From Arthrobacter sp. (GTDB lineage Bacteria; Actinomycetota; Actinomycetes; Actinomycetales; Micrococcaceae), in assembly GCA_046708245.1 (NCBI GenBank), contig JBKKDK010000236.1, positions 1-46,218 of the forward strand: 46,218 bases of DNA, in the 5' to 3' direction. How positions within the stretch are numbered: the stretch's first letter is position 1; each line of letters opens with the position of its first letter. Under the pieces are notes generated by a model that saw only the letters and a list, made by a program, of their open reading frames with translations, made no database searches and was not told the origin of the DNA. Below, piece by piece: positions 1 through 9,919 of this stretch. The position numbers were made by a program, and so were the translations under genes.

Positions 1-60
1 GGGGGGGGGGGGGGGGGGGGGGGGGGCGGGCGGGGCGCGGCCCCCCCCCCCCCCCCCCGG
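1..60. other. Poly-G/poly-C low-complexity run, probable sequencing/assembly artefact
   Basis: 26 G followed by a long C run at the extreme end of the window; typical of two-colour Illumina read ends. Confidence 0.85.
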
Positions 61-108
61 CCGGGTGGAAAGCGAGGGGTGATCATCCACGGGCGTTTTG
101 GGCGTCAC
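61..108 (-). CDS. Possible 5' fragment of a gene running off the left end (MTPKTPVDDHPSLSTR...)
   Basis: Minus strand AAAGGA, 7 nt, then GTG at 108; frame open into the artefact region; IdeR-like boxes just upstream. Confidence 0.35.
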
Positions 109-139
109 GGAGCAATCCTTTGTTTGACGTTGGAATTAC

Positions 140-168
140 TTAGCTAACCCTTACTTAGGATTACCTTT
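140..168. promoter_or_regulatory. Tandem/overlapping DtxR/IdeR-like boxes
   Basis: TTAGCTAACCCTTACTTAG (140-158) matches 15/19 and CTTACTTAGGATTACCTTT (150-168) matches 13/19 of consensus TWAGGTWAGSCTWACCTWA, in an AT-rich patch. Confidence 0.55.
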
Positions 169-215
169 ACGTCAAACTTGTGTGACTTAATTCCTGTGGA
201 GGCCGGAAAATATTC

Positions 216-500
216 TTACTTGTGTGCGTAGGTGAGGCAGTCGGCGTTGTCGACGCCGGGGCCGACATGCACCTCGGAAGCCTTGCACATCAGGTGCTCG
301 TTGTGGACGCATTCGGCACGCTGGCAGGCCCCGACGTCGGCCAGCACCTTGGGCAGGCCGCCGTGGACGCCGATATCGATGAAGGTGGCGCAGGACGCGT
401 GGTCCTCGGCGCCGCCCACGGTGATGGCGGCGGCATTGCAGTGCGAATGGTCGTTGAAGGAACAGTTGGATACGCTGCAGTCGGCTACGTGAGTCGTCAT
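216..500 (-). CDS. DUF1540-like Cys-rich small protein (94 aa)
   Basis: MTTHVADCSVSNCSFNDHSHC...CQRAECVHNEHLMC: two CxxxxC..C repeats; GAGGA RBS; true start lies inside the listed 216..1481 ORF. Confidence 0.85.
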   Translation of the reverse strand: MTTHVADCSVSNCSFNDHSHCNAAAITVGGAEDHASCATFIDIGVHGGLPKVLADVGACQRAECVHNEHLMCKASEVHVGPGVDNADCLTYAHK

Positions 501-689
501 TGGAGATCCTCTATCGGTTCGGGCGCCCGGGCTGGGCGGCTCCCTGCCTCCCACGGTAGGCGCAGGCACCCCAATCAAAAAGACCCAATCGTGTGACCTA
601 ATTTCGGCGGCTCCGCCATGATCAGCGCCGGCCCTGGACCCGGCCGCCCGACACTTGACGCCCGGGAGCGGATTCGTATCGTGGGGTTC

Positions 690-1049
690 ATGGGCGACAT
701 CACGCAGCAGGTGGACATGTTCTTCGACCGCTATGCCGAGGCGCTGCTGGCACGCGATGCCAAGGCGATGGCCGGCATGTATGCCGTCCCCTCCCTCATC
801 CTGTTCCCCGGCCGGCCCGTGCCCGTCAGCGACGCCCGCCAGACCGAGGAATTCTTCGACTCCGCGTGGAGCCAGTACGAGGGGATCAAGGACCTGGCGA
901 AAACAGTTGCCATCATGGGCGAGGCGCCGGGCAGTGTCTGGGCCGACGTCGTCTGGTCCTACGGCGGCGGGACGAGTGAGCACTTTTGCTACCAGCTCAT
1001 CGACGGACCTGCCGGGTACCAGATCGCCGTGCTGACGCCGATGGCCTGA
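690..1049 (+). CDS. NTF2/SnoaL-like protein (119 aa)
   Basis: FFDRYAEALLARDAKAMAGMYAVP N-terminal helix pattern; GC3-rich codons. Confidence 0.75.
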   Translation: MGDITQQVDMFFDRYAEALLARDAKAMAGMYAVPSLILFPGRPVPVSDARQTEEFFDSAWSQYEGIKDLAKTVAIMGEAPGSVWADVVWSYGGGTSEHFCYQLIDGPAGYQIAVLTPMA

Positions 1050-1071
1050 GCGCGGCGCGGGCATCGGCGCC

Positions 1072-1512
1072 TCAGGTGCCCGGGAGCCGGAAGCCGGCGA
1101 CGTACTGCCGCTGCCATGGCGTCTCCACCGCGCCGCGCCGGTAGTGCTGCCGCACGAAGGCCACGGCGGCGGCGGGCGGGACGCCGTCGAGCACGGCGAT
1201 GCAGGCCAGGGCGGTGCCGGTCCGGCCGCGGCCCGCCCAGCAGGCCACCTCGACCCGTTCGGTTTCGGCGCGGCGCCACGCCTCCTGGAGGGCGTCCAGG
1301 GCGTCGACGTCATCGGTCGGCAGGCGGAGGTCACGCCAGCGGACCCAGCGCGAATCCCAGTCCACCGGACGCGGGCGCCTGCCCAGCAGGTACAGTCCGA
1401 ACTCGGGCCGCGGACCCGGCGGAAACGGCGCCAGCAGGGCCCGCCCGCGGATGAGCCGGCCGGAGGGAAGACTGAGCACACCGGCCTGGCCCGGCTCCCA
1501 CGTCTGCATCAT
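1072..1512 (-). CDS. Protein-tyrosine/dual-specificity phosphatase family protein
   Basis: CX5R motif VEVACWAGRGRTGT, WRD loop, AVETPWQ. Confidence 0.85.
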   Translation of the reverse strand: MMQTWEPGQAGVLSLPSGRLIRGRALLAPFPPGPRPEFGLYLLGRRPRPVDWDSRWVRWRDLRLPTDDVDALDALQEAWRRAETERVEVACWAGRGRTGTALACIAVLDGVPPAAAVAFVRQHYRRGAVETPWQRQYVAGFRLPGT

Positions 1513-1692
1513 GATTCCGAGCGTAGCCGTTCGGGCGGCCGCATCGAAGGGGGCCCGAGCGAGAGCGCCCGGCCCCCGCGGCGAGGCCAGGAACACGGCT
1601 CCGCGGCACTTTAGGGCCGAAAGAGACTAGCGGTCTCATAGCCTGCTCCATAGAGTGGCCAAGTACAGTCGACCGTTGAAAGGAAGCCCCGA

Positions 1693-2019
1693 ATGTCATT
1701 CCAGGCATACCTCGACACGATCGAGGACATGACCGGCCTCACCCCTCGCGAGCTCCTCGAGATCGCGCAGCGCAACGGTTTTGCCGAGGCTTCCGTGGAG
1801 GCTGGCACCATCCTCGACTGGCTGAAAGAGGAGTATGGACTCGGGCGGGGCCACGGCATGGCGCTGGTCCACGTCATCAGGCAAGGTCCCACGATCGACA
1901 CGAAATACGTGGGGGCCACCGGCGCGCACAGCGACGAATCCGACACCCTCTGGCTCGACGGCCAAGCGACGAAACCGACGCCGTTGCCCCCGTTCACGGC
2001 GGATTCTCCCCGGCTTTGA
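1693..2019 (+). CDS. DUF4287 domain protein
   Basis: MSFQAYLDTIE...WLKEEYGLGRGHGMALVH; AAAGGAA RBS. Confidence 0.85.
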   Translation: MSFQAYLDTIEDMTGLTPRELLEIAQRNGFAEASVEAGTILDWLKEEYGLGRGHGMALVHVIRQGPTIDTKYVGATGAHSDESDTLWLDGQATKPTPLPPFTADSPRL

Positions 2020-2119
2020 GACCCCGACGGCGGAAATCACCGGCGGTTCGGCCGGACACGCCGGCGGGACCAGCCAAAGGTGGGGAGATCCCGCACGGGA
2101 CGGCCCGCGCGCCGGGCAG

Positions 2120-3570
2120 CTAGTGGCCGGCGCCGAGCTTCCCGGCGAGGCGCTCGCGCATCAGCGTGCTGGCGTCGTTCAGGCCGATAATCGTCACCTC
2201 TTGCCGTGGCGCCGGTACTTCTCCGTGACTGCGTCGAGGGCGGCAACGGTTGAGGCATCCCAGAGATGGGAGGCGTGCAGGTCGATCACCACCCGCTCCG
2301 GATCCAGGGCGTACTCAAACTGGCTGTACAGGTCGTTGGACGACGCGAAGAACAGTTCGCCCTCCACGCGGTAGGTCGCGAGCCGGGCGCCGTCTACCTC
2401 CGTGACGGCGCGGTCCACACTTACGAAGTGCGCCACGCGCCGGGCGAACAAAACCATGGCCACCAGCACGCCGGTGCCGACGCCGATCGCCAGGTTGTGC
2501 GTGGCAACCACCACCAGCACCGTGGAAACCATAACGAGGGTTTCGCTCCTGCGCAGGGCCTTCAGCGTGGCGGGCCGGATGCTGTGCCAGTCGAAGGTGG
2601 CCACGGACACGAAGATCATCACGGCCACCAGCGCGGCCATCGGGATCAACGAGACGACGCCGCCAAGCACCACCACGAGGATCAGCAGGAAAACGCCGGC
2701 CAGGAAGGTGGAGATCCGGGTCCGGGCTCCCGAGGCCTTGACGTTGATCATGGTCTGGCCGATCATCGCACAGCCGCCCATGCCGCCGAAGAACCCGGTC
2801 ACGATGTTCGCCACACCCTGGCCCCAGGCCTCGCGGGTCTTGGGCGAGCGGGTGTCGATGATGTCGTCCACCAGCTTCGCCGTCATGAGGGATTCGAGCA
2901 GCCCCACGAAGGCCATCGCCAGCGCGAAGGGGAAAATGACCTGCAGCGTCTCCAGGTCAACGGGACGTCCGGCAGGAACATCGCGGGCAACGCGTCCGGC
3001 AGGGCACCCTTGTCCCCCACGTTCGGGACGTCGACCGCGGCGGTCACCGTGATGAGGGTCAGGACCGCGATCGCGACGAGCGGTGCGGGCACTCCCCGGG
3101 TCAGTCCCGGCAGCCCGAAGACGATCAGCAGGCCCAGGGCGGTGAGCGGATAGACCAGCCAGGGGACGCCAACCAGCTCCGGGACCTGGGACATAAAGAC
3201 CAGGATCGCGAGGGCGTTGACGAAACCGACCATGACGGAAAGCGGGCTGAAGCGCATCAGCTTCGCTACCCCGGCGAGGCCCAGGACGATCTGGAAAACG
3301 CCGGCCAGGATGACGGCAGCCACGAGGTAGTCCAGCCCGTGCGACTTCATGAGCGGTGCGATCACCAGGGCGACGGCGCCGGTGGCCGCGGAAATCATCG
3401 CGGGTCGGCCCGCCGACGGCGGCGATCGTGACCGCCATGGTGAAGGAGGCGAAGAGCCCGATCCGGGGGTCGACGCCGGCGATGAGTCGAGAAGGCGATC
3501 GCCTCCGGAATCAGGGCCAGCGCGACGACGAGCCCGCCGAGGACTTCGGTCTTCAGCCGGCGCGGGGTAA
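2120..3570 (-). pseudogene. SulP/SLC26 anion transporter with STAS domain, frameshifted
   Basis: Consecutive SulP segments (LALIPEAIAFS / AGVDPRIGLFASF / MISAATGAVALV / GGMGGCAMIGQT / ELFFASSN..STAS..IGLNDAS..KLGAGH*) split by frameshifts near 3486, 3410, 2956 and 2200; no convincing in-frame start. Confidence 0.85.
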
Positions 3571-3636
3571 ATCTGACATATTCGGATCGACGGCGGTCAC
3601 TAACTGGCCTCATCGTGGCCGCAGTGCCACCATACT

Positions 3637-4647
3637 TTGACGCTTGAGGCAACCAAAACCCCCGAATCCGCCCCGGAAACCAGCGCTGCCGCGGTCCCGG
3701 TCAACCCCGCCCTCGCCGCCGAGGCCAAGATCGCCCGGATCGCGGTCACGGTCTTCCCGCTGCTCGTCGTAGTGGCCGGCGTCGCCGGGTACCTGCTGCC
3801 GGACGCCTTCAAGCCGCTCGGCCCCAGCGTGCCGTACCTGCTGGGCATCATCATGTTCTGCATGGGCCTGACCCTGACGCCGCCCGACTTCGCCTCCGTG
3901 GCCAAGCGCCCCTGGGCCGTGGTCCTCGGCATCGTGGCGCACTACGTCATCATGCCCGGCGCCGGCTGGCTGATCGCCGTCGCCCTGAACCTCCCGCCGG
4001 AACTGGCGGTGGGCCTGATCCTGGTCGGCTGCGCCCCCTCGGGCACGGCGTCCAACGTGATGGCGTTCCTGGCCAAGGGCGACGTCGCCCTCTCGGTTGC
4101 CGTCGCTTCGGTGTCGACGCTGGTCGCCCCGGTGGTGACGCCGCTGCTGGTGCTGTTCCTGGCCGGGTCGTACCTGCAGATCGACGCCGGGGCCATGGTC
4201 CTGGACATCGTCAAGACTGTGCTGCTGCCGGTGATCGCCGGGCTGCTGGCCCGGCTGTTCCTCAAGAGGCTCGTCGCCCGGGTGCTCCCGGCCCTGCCCT
4301 GGGCGTCCGCCGTCGTGATCTCACTGATCGTGGCGATCGTGGTGGCCGGCAGCGCCAGCAAGATAGTCGCCGCCGGCGGGATCGTGTTCCTCGCCGTGGT
4401 GCTGCACAACGGTTTCGGCCTGGGCCTGGGGTACCTGGCGGGCAAGCTGGGACGTTTGGACGACAAGGCCCGCCGGGCGCTGGCGTTCGAGGTCGGCATG
4501 CAGAACTCGGGCCTGGCGGCGACCCTCGCCACGGCGCACTTCAGCCCGCTGACCGCCCTGCCGTCCGCCGTGTTTTCGCTCTGGCACAACATCTCCGGCG
4601 CGATCGTCGCCGCGTGGCTGGCCCGGCGCCCGCTGCAGGACGCCTAG
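3637..4647 (+). CDS. Bile acid:sodium symporter (BASS) family transporter
   Basis: LLGIIMFCMGLTL, GCAPSGTASNV, FEVGMQNSGLA motifs; start uncertain (TTG 3637). Confidence 0.92.
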   Translation: MTLEATKTPESAPETSAAAVPVNPALAAEAKIARIAVTVFPLLVVVAGVAGYLLPDAFKPLGPSVPYLLGIIMFCMGLTLTPPDFASVAKRPWAVVLGIVAHYVIMPGAGWLIAVALNLPPELAVGLILVGCAPSGTASNVMAFLAKGDVALSVAVASVSTLVAPVVTPLLVLFLAGSYLQIDAGAMVLDIVKTVLLPVIAGLLARLFLKRLVARVLPALPWASAVVISLIVAIVVAGSASKIVAAGGIVFLAVVLHNGFGLGLGYLAGKLGRLDDKARRALAFEVGMQNSGLAATLATAHFSPLTALPSAVFSLWHNISGAIVAAWLARRPLQDA

Positions 4648-4672
4648 GCCCTGCCGGCCGCCGGAAGCGCGT

Positions 4673-5233
4673 TCAGCTGCGCAGGCGGCCGATCAAAGTT
4701 GCCACCGCCTGCTCCGCCCGGGCCTCCGGCGCACCGCCCGGGGAAAGCACGTCGAAGCCGTCCGGCGCCAGCGTGTCCGAGAAGACCAGCTGGGCCACCC
4801 CGCGTGCGGCGAGTTCCGCGAGTGTCGCGGCGTCGCCGGCGTCGCGGTCGGCCGGCACGGCGCCGAGGATGACGCCGTCGGCCCCGCCGGAGAGCATGTA
4901 CTGCCGCCAGCTCGCGCCGGGCAGGATGACGGGCTGGAAGCCGTGCCGCGGCAGGATGAGCGCCGCGGCGCCGGCCAGCGCCCGGTCCCAGTCGTCGTCG
5001 AGGTCAGTGACGGCCACTGCCACCAGATCCGTTTGCCCGCGCCGCATCCCGCGGGCGGCCCGGTTGGGGACGTAGCCAAGTTCGCGGACGGCATCGTGGA
5101 CCCGATCCTGGGTGGGCCCGCTGATCCGGGTGGTCCCGCCGAGCCGGCCGGAGAGCACGTAGGACACGGTGGTCAGGGACACCCCGGCTGCCTCCGCGAC
5201 GTCGCGGATGGTGGGCTTGGATCCATACCGCAC
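4673..5233 (-). CDS. LacI-family transcriptional regulator, unusually short (186 aa)
   Basis: PTIRDVAEAAGVSLTTVSYVLSG...LGYVPNRAARGMR LacI HTH and hinge. Confidence 0.8.
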   Translation of the reverse strand: MRYGSKPTIRDVAEAAGVSLTTVSYVLSGRLGGTTRISGPTQDRVHDAVRELGYVPNRAARGMRRGQTDLVAVAVTDLDDDWDRALAGAAALILPRHGFQPVILPGASWRQYMLSGGADGVILGAVPADRDAGDAATLAELAARGVAQLVFSDTLAPDGFDVLSPGGAPEARAEQAVATLIGRLRS

Positions 5234-5302
5234 TGTTTTGCTCCCGGGTGCCTCTCCGCCGCGGCAACGCGGCGGTCCTGAAATGCCGTTCCGCGTTGAA
5301 CT

Positions 5303-7738
5303 CTAGTCCGAAGCCGGCGGCAGGTTCTTGGTGAAGGCCAGCGGGCCGATAGTTTCCGGGTCCGCGGAGAGGTCGAACTGCGGCTCGTAGCCCGTGCTGA
5401 GGTAGAGGTGTTTTGCCTCGGGCTGCCGGGGACCGGTGGTCAGATAGACCGTGCGGTAGCCGCGCCGGGCCGCCAGCGCCTCGAGTTCCCCGAGCACGAA
5501 ACGCGCCAGCCCGCGGCGGCGGTGCGCCGAATGCGTCCAGATCCGCTTGAATTCCGCCGTCCGCGGGCCCCGACGGCGGAACGCGCCGCCGGCCACGGAC
5601 TGGCCGCCCTCCTGCACGATCAGCAGTGCCCCGCCGGGACCCGCGAATTCGCCGGCCGGGTACCGGTTGAGCTCCTCAGCCGCGGCCCCCCGGCCGAGGA
5701 GGTGCCCGTACCGGGTGTCGTATTCCGTGGCCAGCTCGTCCAGGAGCGGCCGCACGCGGGGATCGCTCATCGGCAGGTTCAGCACCGTGAGCCCGGGGGC
5801 CGGCGCCGCTGCCGCCCCCGGCGCCGTCCGGCGGGTGTGGTCGTCGGCCAGGATGGCCAGGATCCGCCTGGCGAGGGCGTCGTTTTCGCGGAAGGGCGCG
5901 GCGTTGGTGCCGGGCCGGGCAAAGGCACCGGACCCCCAGCCGGACGTTCCCGGCCCGACGCCGAACAGCCTCGGCTGCAACTCCCCCACAGGGTTGACCA
6001 GCTCGTGGTGTTCCGAGACGAGCAACCGCCCCGTGGAGTGCAGCCCGTCCGCGCTGAGCAGCTGCTGCGCGGTTCCGGTGCCCGAGTCGTGCAGCTGGCG
6101 GAGCAGCGGATTCGTCGAGCGGTCCACGGATGGTTCCGGCAGGCGGGCCTCGATGAAGGCGGTCGCGGCCACGGCGGCGCCGGAACCGGAACGGGCCACG
6201 AAGCGGCCGGATTCCTCTTCGGCCGTGACGTGCAGCCCCGGGCCGAGGAACCGCAGGACGCCCGCCCGGTGCAGGGCCAGCATCTCGCGCAGTCGGCGCG
6301 GCGGCGGGCCGGAGTCCACAAAGCTGAAAAAGCCGTGCCACCAGCCGTGGATGTCCTGCTGCGAGCGGGAGTTCAGCCGCTCCGGCGGCACCAGCCGGCC
6401 CAGTTCCATGTACACCTTGAGCAGCGCGGTGAAGAGCGCGAGGGTTTCGGAGTGGTCCGGGCCGGTCCGCAGCCGCAGGTCGTGTTCGATGTGGCCGGTC
6501 ACAGCGTCCTGGACCTCGTCGAGTCCGGAAAAGCTGCGGGTGGCGAACGGGCGGTCCAGCTGTTCGAGGTCCAGGTGCAGCTCCGGGTCCGGGACGGACG
6601 CGGCCACCAGCCGGAGCCGTTCGGGGCTGTACCAGTCCACGGCTGCAAAGCGCCCGGCAAAATTCTCCCAGCCGGTGCTGACCCGGTCCGGGTAACCGGT
6701 GAACAGCTCCCGGTAGTAGCCGTAGCCTGCGTCCTTGGCGATGAGCGGCCACAGCTGGGTGCGAAAATCCAGTTCGCCGTGGTCCGCCAGGAGGCCAGCG
6801 ATGGCCTCGGCGGTGAAGAACCTCGGCGCCCCGGAAGGTTCGCCGCGCAGCGTCGCGGAAATCTTCGAATGGTAGGGCACGCCCCGCCGGGACCCGGCCC
6901 AGATCCGCGGCTCGGCTCCGGACGGGAGGTACCGCAGGCCGCCGTCGGGGATGTCCTCGAAGCGTCCGCCCCGGCCCTCCGTCAGCAGGACCAGCAGGTC
7001 CACGAATGCCAGCCCCATGCCGGCCACAATCACGTCCTGGCCCGGGCGGATTGGGGTGTAGTCGACGTCGCTCGTGTAGCTGGGCGCCGCGTGGAAGCCG
7101 CCGTGCCGGGCCGCGAAGTCCGCCCAGGCTGTGGAGGCCGCGTCGGGCAGCGAATCCGTGTGCCCCAGGGCGGTGACCACGACGTCGGCCCGCAGCGCCG
7201 TGCCGCCGGCCAGCCGCACGCGGTGCCGGCCGGCGCCGTCCGGCTCCCGGACCGTGTCGATGCCGACGGCGGTGTCGCGGTGGACAGTAACGGCCGCCGC
7301 GGGAGCCAGCCGCTGGACCGCGCGCCGGAAGAACCATTCAAGGTATGCGCTCTGCAGCTGCCGGGTGGGGAACGTGGCGGCCGTGAGTTCCTCGAGTTGG
7401 CGCCGCAATCCGGCCGGGAGCTCCGGGACGTCGGCGATCGAGCCGTCCAGCACCCCGGCGGCCCAGCCGGCGAGCGCGGGTCCGTCCGCGGCGGGTCCGT
7501 CGCATTCCACAGAGGCGTCGGTGAACATGGTGACATCCGCCGCTGCCGAGTTGAGCATGAGCCCTGGATGCTGCCCATAGCGCCAGATCCGCCCGGAACC
7601 CGCGGTATGCGGCTCCACGACGTGGATGTCCACGCTGCCGCTGAACAGCTCCGGCTGGTTGGCGGCCAGGCGCTCCAGGATGCCGGCAGTGCGCGGTCCG
7701 CCGCCGACAAACACCACGGAAGGCGATTTCGCTGGCAT
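5303..7738 (-). CDS. FAD/NAD(P)-binding oxidoreductase fused to a C-terminal GNAT acetyltransferase (811 aa)
   Basis: VVFVGGGPR and VAGMGLAFVD dinucleotide motifs, RLFGVGP; C-terminal AEFKRIWT..HRRRGLAR..YLTTGPRQPEAKHLY GNAT motifs; AAGGAG RBS. Confidence 0.88.
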   Translation of the reverse strand: MPAKSPSVVFVGGGPRTAGILERLAANQPELFSGSVDIHVVEPHTAGSGRIWRYGQHPGLMLNSAAADVTMFTDASVECDGPAADGPALAGWAAGVLDGSIADVPELPAGLRRQLEELTAATFPTRQLQSAYLEWFFRRAVQRLAPAAAVTVHRDTAVGIDTVREPDGAGRHRVRLAGGTALRADVVVTALGHTDSLPDAASTAWADFAARHGGFHAAPSYTSDVDYTPIRPGQDVIVAGMGLAFVDLLVLLTEGRGGRFEDIPDGGLRYLPSGAEPRIWAGSRRGVPYHSKISATLRGEPSGAPRFFTAEAIAGLLADHGELDFRTQLWPLIAKDAGYGYYRELFTGYPDRVSTGWENFAGRFAAVDWYSPERLRLVAASVPDPELHLDLEQLDRPFATRSFSGLDEVQDAVTGHIEHDLRLRTGPDHSETLALFTALLKVYMELGRLVPPERLNSRSQQDIHGWWHGFFSFVDSGPPPRRLREMLALHRAGVLRFLGPGLHVTAEEESGRFVARSGSGAAVAATAFIEARLPEPSVDRSTNPLLRQLHDSGTGTAQQLLSADGLHSTGRLLVSEHHELVNPVGELQPRLFGVGPGTSGWGSGAFARPGTNAAPFRENDALARRILAILADDHTRRTAPGAAAAPAPGLTVLNLPMSDPRVRPLLDELATEYDTRYGHLLGRGAAAEELNRYPAGEFAGPGGALLIVQEGGQSVAGGAFRRRGPRTAEFKRIWTHSAHRRRGLARFVLGELEALAARRGYRTVYLTTGPRQPEAKHLYLSTGYEPQFDLSADPETIGPLAFTKNLPPASD

Positions 7739-7820
7739 GGGGACTCCTTCTCGGAACGGCAGTTCGGGTGCTTCAGGGCACTCATGCTAGGCACCCGGGC
7801 CGGTGCCGAACGAGGCTCCG

Positions 7821-7860
7821 GTCATGGCCGTTCACGGCGCGTCATGGCGCGTCAAAAGGC
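7821..7860. promoter_or_regulatory. 10-bp-period tandem repeat, candidate regulator binding site
   Basis: GTCATGGCCG TTCACGGCGC GTCATGGCGC GTCAAAAGGC in the divergent promoter; GTCATGGCGC recurs at 16858. Confidence 0.5.
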
Positions 7861-7988
7861 GCAAAAAACCGTCTCATGACGCCGCGTGTAGCCGCGTGAA
7901 CCAATGCAACCGGGCGCCTTGCCGGGCCCCGGGAGCGCCCCTAGATTTGCAGCCAACCCAACGAAGCAACTTGGAAGCGAGGTGGCGC

Positions 7989-9044
7989 ATGAGCCCGATT
8001 ACAACCGCGGTGACGCAGTCCAAACCCGGGCTGGCAGCGACGGACACCTCCGCAGGTGACGCGCCGGCCAGCACCGGACACACGGACACCGACGGCGGAT
8101 CCGGCCCGCGCGGCCCCGCCCCTGACTACGCCGAATACCGGGTGGTCCCGGCCCGCCATCCCTGGCGCTGGGTGGGGACCGCCGTCGTGGCCCTGGGCGT
8201 CGCCGGCATCGCCTGGTCCCTGGCTTCCAACCCGCGCTGGGAATGGGGCGTCGTGGCGCAGTGGTTCACCACCAAATCGATCGTGGACGGCCTCCTGGAA
8301 ACGCTCAAGCTGACCGCCATCTCCGGGATCCTGGGTTTTGTACTCGGCTTCCTACTGGCCGTCATGCGCCTGTCCGCATCGCCCCTGCTGGTGTCTGTGT
8401 CCTGGACTTTCTCCTGGATTTTCCGTTCCACCCCGCTGCTGGTGCAGATGCTGCTCTGGTACAACCTGGGCTACCTGTACGAGAAAATCAGCTTAGGGAT
8501 CCCCTTCACCGACGTCCGGTTCTTCGAGGTCCAGACCACCACCCTGATCAGCCAGTTCGCGGCCGCGGTCCTTGGCCTGACCCTGAACCAGGCGGCCTAC
8601 TCGGCCGAGATCATCCGCGGCGGCATTCTCTCCGTGGACCAGGGCCAGCTGGAGGCTGCAGCCGCTCTCGGCATCCCGGCCTGGCGTCGCTCCACCCGGA
8701 TCGTCCTGCCGCAGGCCATGCGCGCCATCCTGCCCACGGCCTTCAACGAGATCATCGGCCTGGTCAAGGGCACGTCCATTGTCTATGTGCTGGCCTACTC
8801 CGAGCTCTTCTACACCGTCCAGGTCATCTACAACCGCACCCAGCAGGTCCTGCCGCTGCTGCTCGTGGCGACTCTCTGGTACGTCGTGATCACCTCGGTG
8901 CTGAGCGTCTTCCAGTACTACATCGAGCGGCACTACTCCCGGGGCGCGGTCCGCACCCTGCCGCTGACGCCGCTGCAAAAGGCCCGCCGATTCCTCTCCA
9001 CCCACGCCCTGTCTGCCGACAACTCAGCGAAGGTAACCCGATGA
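7989..9044 (+). CDS. Polar amino acid ABC transporter permease
   Basis: WIFRSTPLLVQ, AAYSAEIIRGG..GQLEAAAALG EAA motif; GAGGTGG RBS. Confidence 0.93.
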   Translation: MSPITTAVTQSKPGLAATDTSAGDAPASTGHTDTDGGSGPRGPAPDYAEYRVVPARHPWRWVGTAVVALGVAGIAWSLASNPRWEWGVVAQWFTTKSIVDGLLETLKLTAISGILGFVLGFLLAVMRLSASPLLVSVSWTFSWIFRSTPLLVQMLLWYNLGYLYEKISLGIPFTDVRFFEVQTTTLISQFAAAVLGLTLNQAAYSAEIIRGGILSVDQGQLEAAAALGIPAWRRSTRIVLPQAMRAILPTAFNEIIGLVKGTSIVYVLAYSELFYTVQVIYNRTQQVLPLLLVATLWYVVITSVLSVFQYYIERHYSRGAVRTLPLTPLQKARRFLSTHALSADNSAKVTR

Positions 9045-9910
9045 GCACCCTTGCCGCGCCCTTCCCCGCCGCGCCTGCCGCCTCTGCCATCCCTGCCATC
9101 CAAGACTCCGGAGCCACCTGCGGCCTCGTGGAAATCACGAACGTCCGGAAATCCTTTGGCACGGCGGAGGTCCTCAAGGGCATCACGCTGACCGTGGAAC
9201 CGGGCGGCGTGGCCGTGATCGTGGGGCCCTCCGGTTCCGGCAAGTCCACCCTGCTGCGGACCATCAACCACCTGGAGAAGGTCGACGGCGGCTTCGTCGC
9301 CATCGACGGCACGCTGGTGGGCTACGAGGTCCGGGGCACCAGGCTTCACGAGCTGCCGGAAAAGGCTGTCCTGAAGCAGCGCACCGAAATCGGCATGGTG
9401 TTCCAGAACTTCAATCTCTTCCCGCACCTGACTGCGCTGGAAAACGTCATCGAGGCACCCGTCGTCGCCCCGCGGTCCGGGAAGCCCCGCCGCACCAAGG
9501 CCGACGCCCGCGTGCGCGGCCTGGAACTCCTGGACCGGGTGGGCCTGAAGGACCGCGCCGGGGCCTACCCGCGCCAGCTCTCCGGCGGCCAGCAGCAGCG
9601 CGTGGCGATCGCCCGGGCGCTGGCGCTGGACCCCAAGATCCTGCTTTTCGACGAACCCACGTCCGCCCTGGACCCGGAGCTGGTCACCGAGGTCCTCGAC
9701 GTGATCCGCGAGCTGGCCACGTCCGGGACCACCCTGATCATCGTCACCCACGAGATGGGCTTCGCCCGCGACGTCGCGGACACCGTGGTGTTTATGGACC
9801 AAGGCCAGATCGTGGAACAGGGCAGCCCCAAAGACATTTTCACCAACCCGCGCGAAGAACGCACCCGGAGCTTCTTCTCCAAAGTGATCGAACCCGCCTT
9901 CAACATCTAA
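9041..9910 (+). CDS. Polar amino acid ABC transporter ATP-binding protein
   Basis: GPSGSGKS Walker A, LSGGQQQR signature, [11 protein letters not shown]; ATGA overlap with permease. Confidence 0.95.
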   Translation: MSTLAAPFPAAPAASAIPAIQDSGATCGLVEITNVRKSFGTAEVLKGITLTVEPGGVAVIVGPSGSGKSTLLRTINHLEKVDGGFVAIDGTLVGYEVRGTRLHELPEKAVLKQRTEIGMVFQNFNLFPHLTALENVIEAPVVAPRSGKPRRTKADARVRGLELLDRVGLKDRAGAYPRQLSGGQQQRVAIARALALDPKILLFDEPTSALDPELVTEVLDVIRELATSGTTLIIVTHEMGFARDVADTVVFMDQGQIVEQGSPKDIFTNPREERTRSFFSKVIEPAFNI

Positions 9911-9919
9911 GGACCACCC

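Noticed and set aside
100-118. ACGGAGCAATC shared with the right arm of the 15703-15760 palindrome
   Set aside because: Only 11 nt with no partner arm; better explained as an RBS/start region on the minus strand
216-1481. 421-aa ORF as a single protein
   Set aside because: Only the last 94 codons (from ATG 500, with RBS) look coding; the rest overlaps two real genes
5256-5275. Hairpin CCGCCGCG-GCAA-CGCGGCGG between the fusion gene and LacI
   Set aside because: 8-bp GC stem without a U-tract; too little to call a terminator
5408-7879. Long + strand ORF (823 aa) and similar long antisense or alternative-frame ORFs such as 8933..10930, 14074..15462 and 29977..32199
   Set aside because: Shadow ORFs of real high-GC genes; no family motifs
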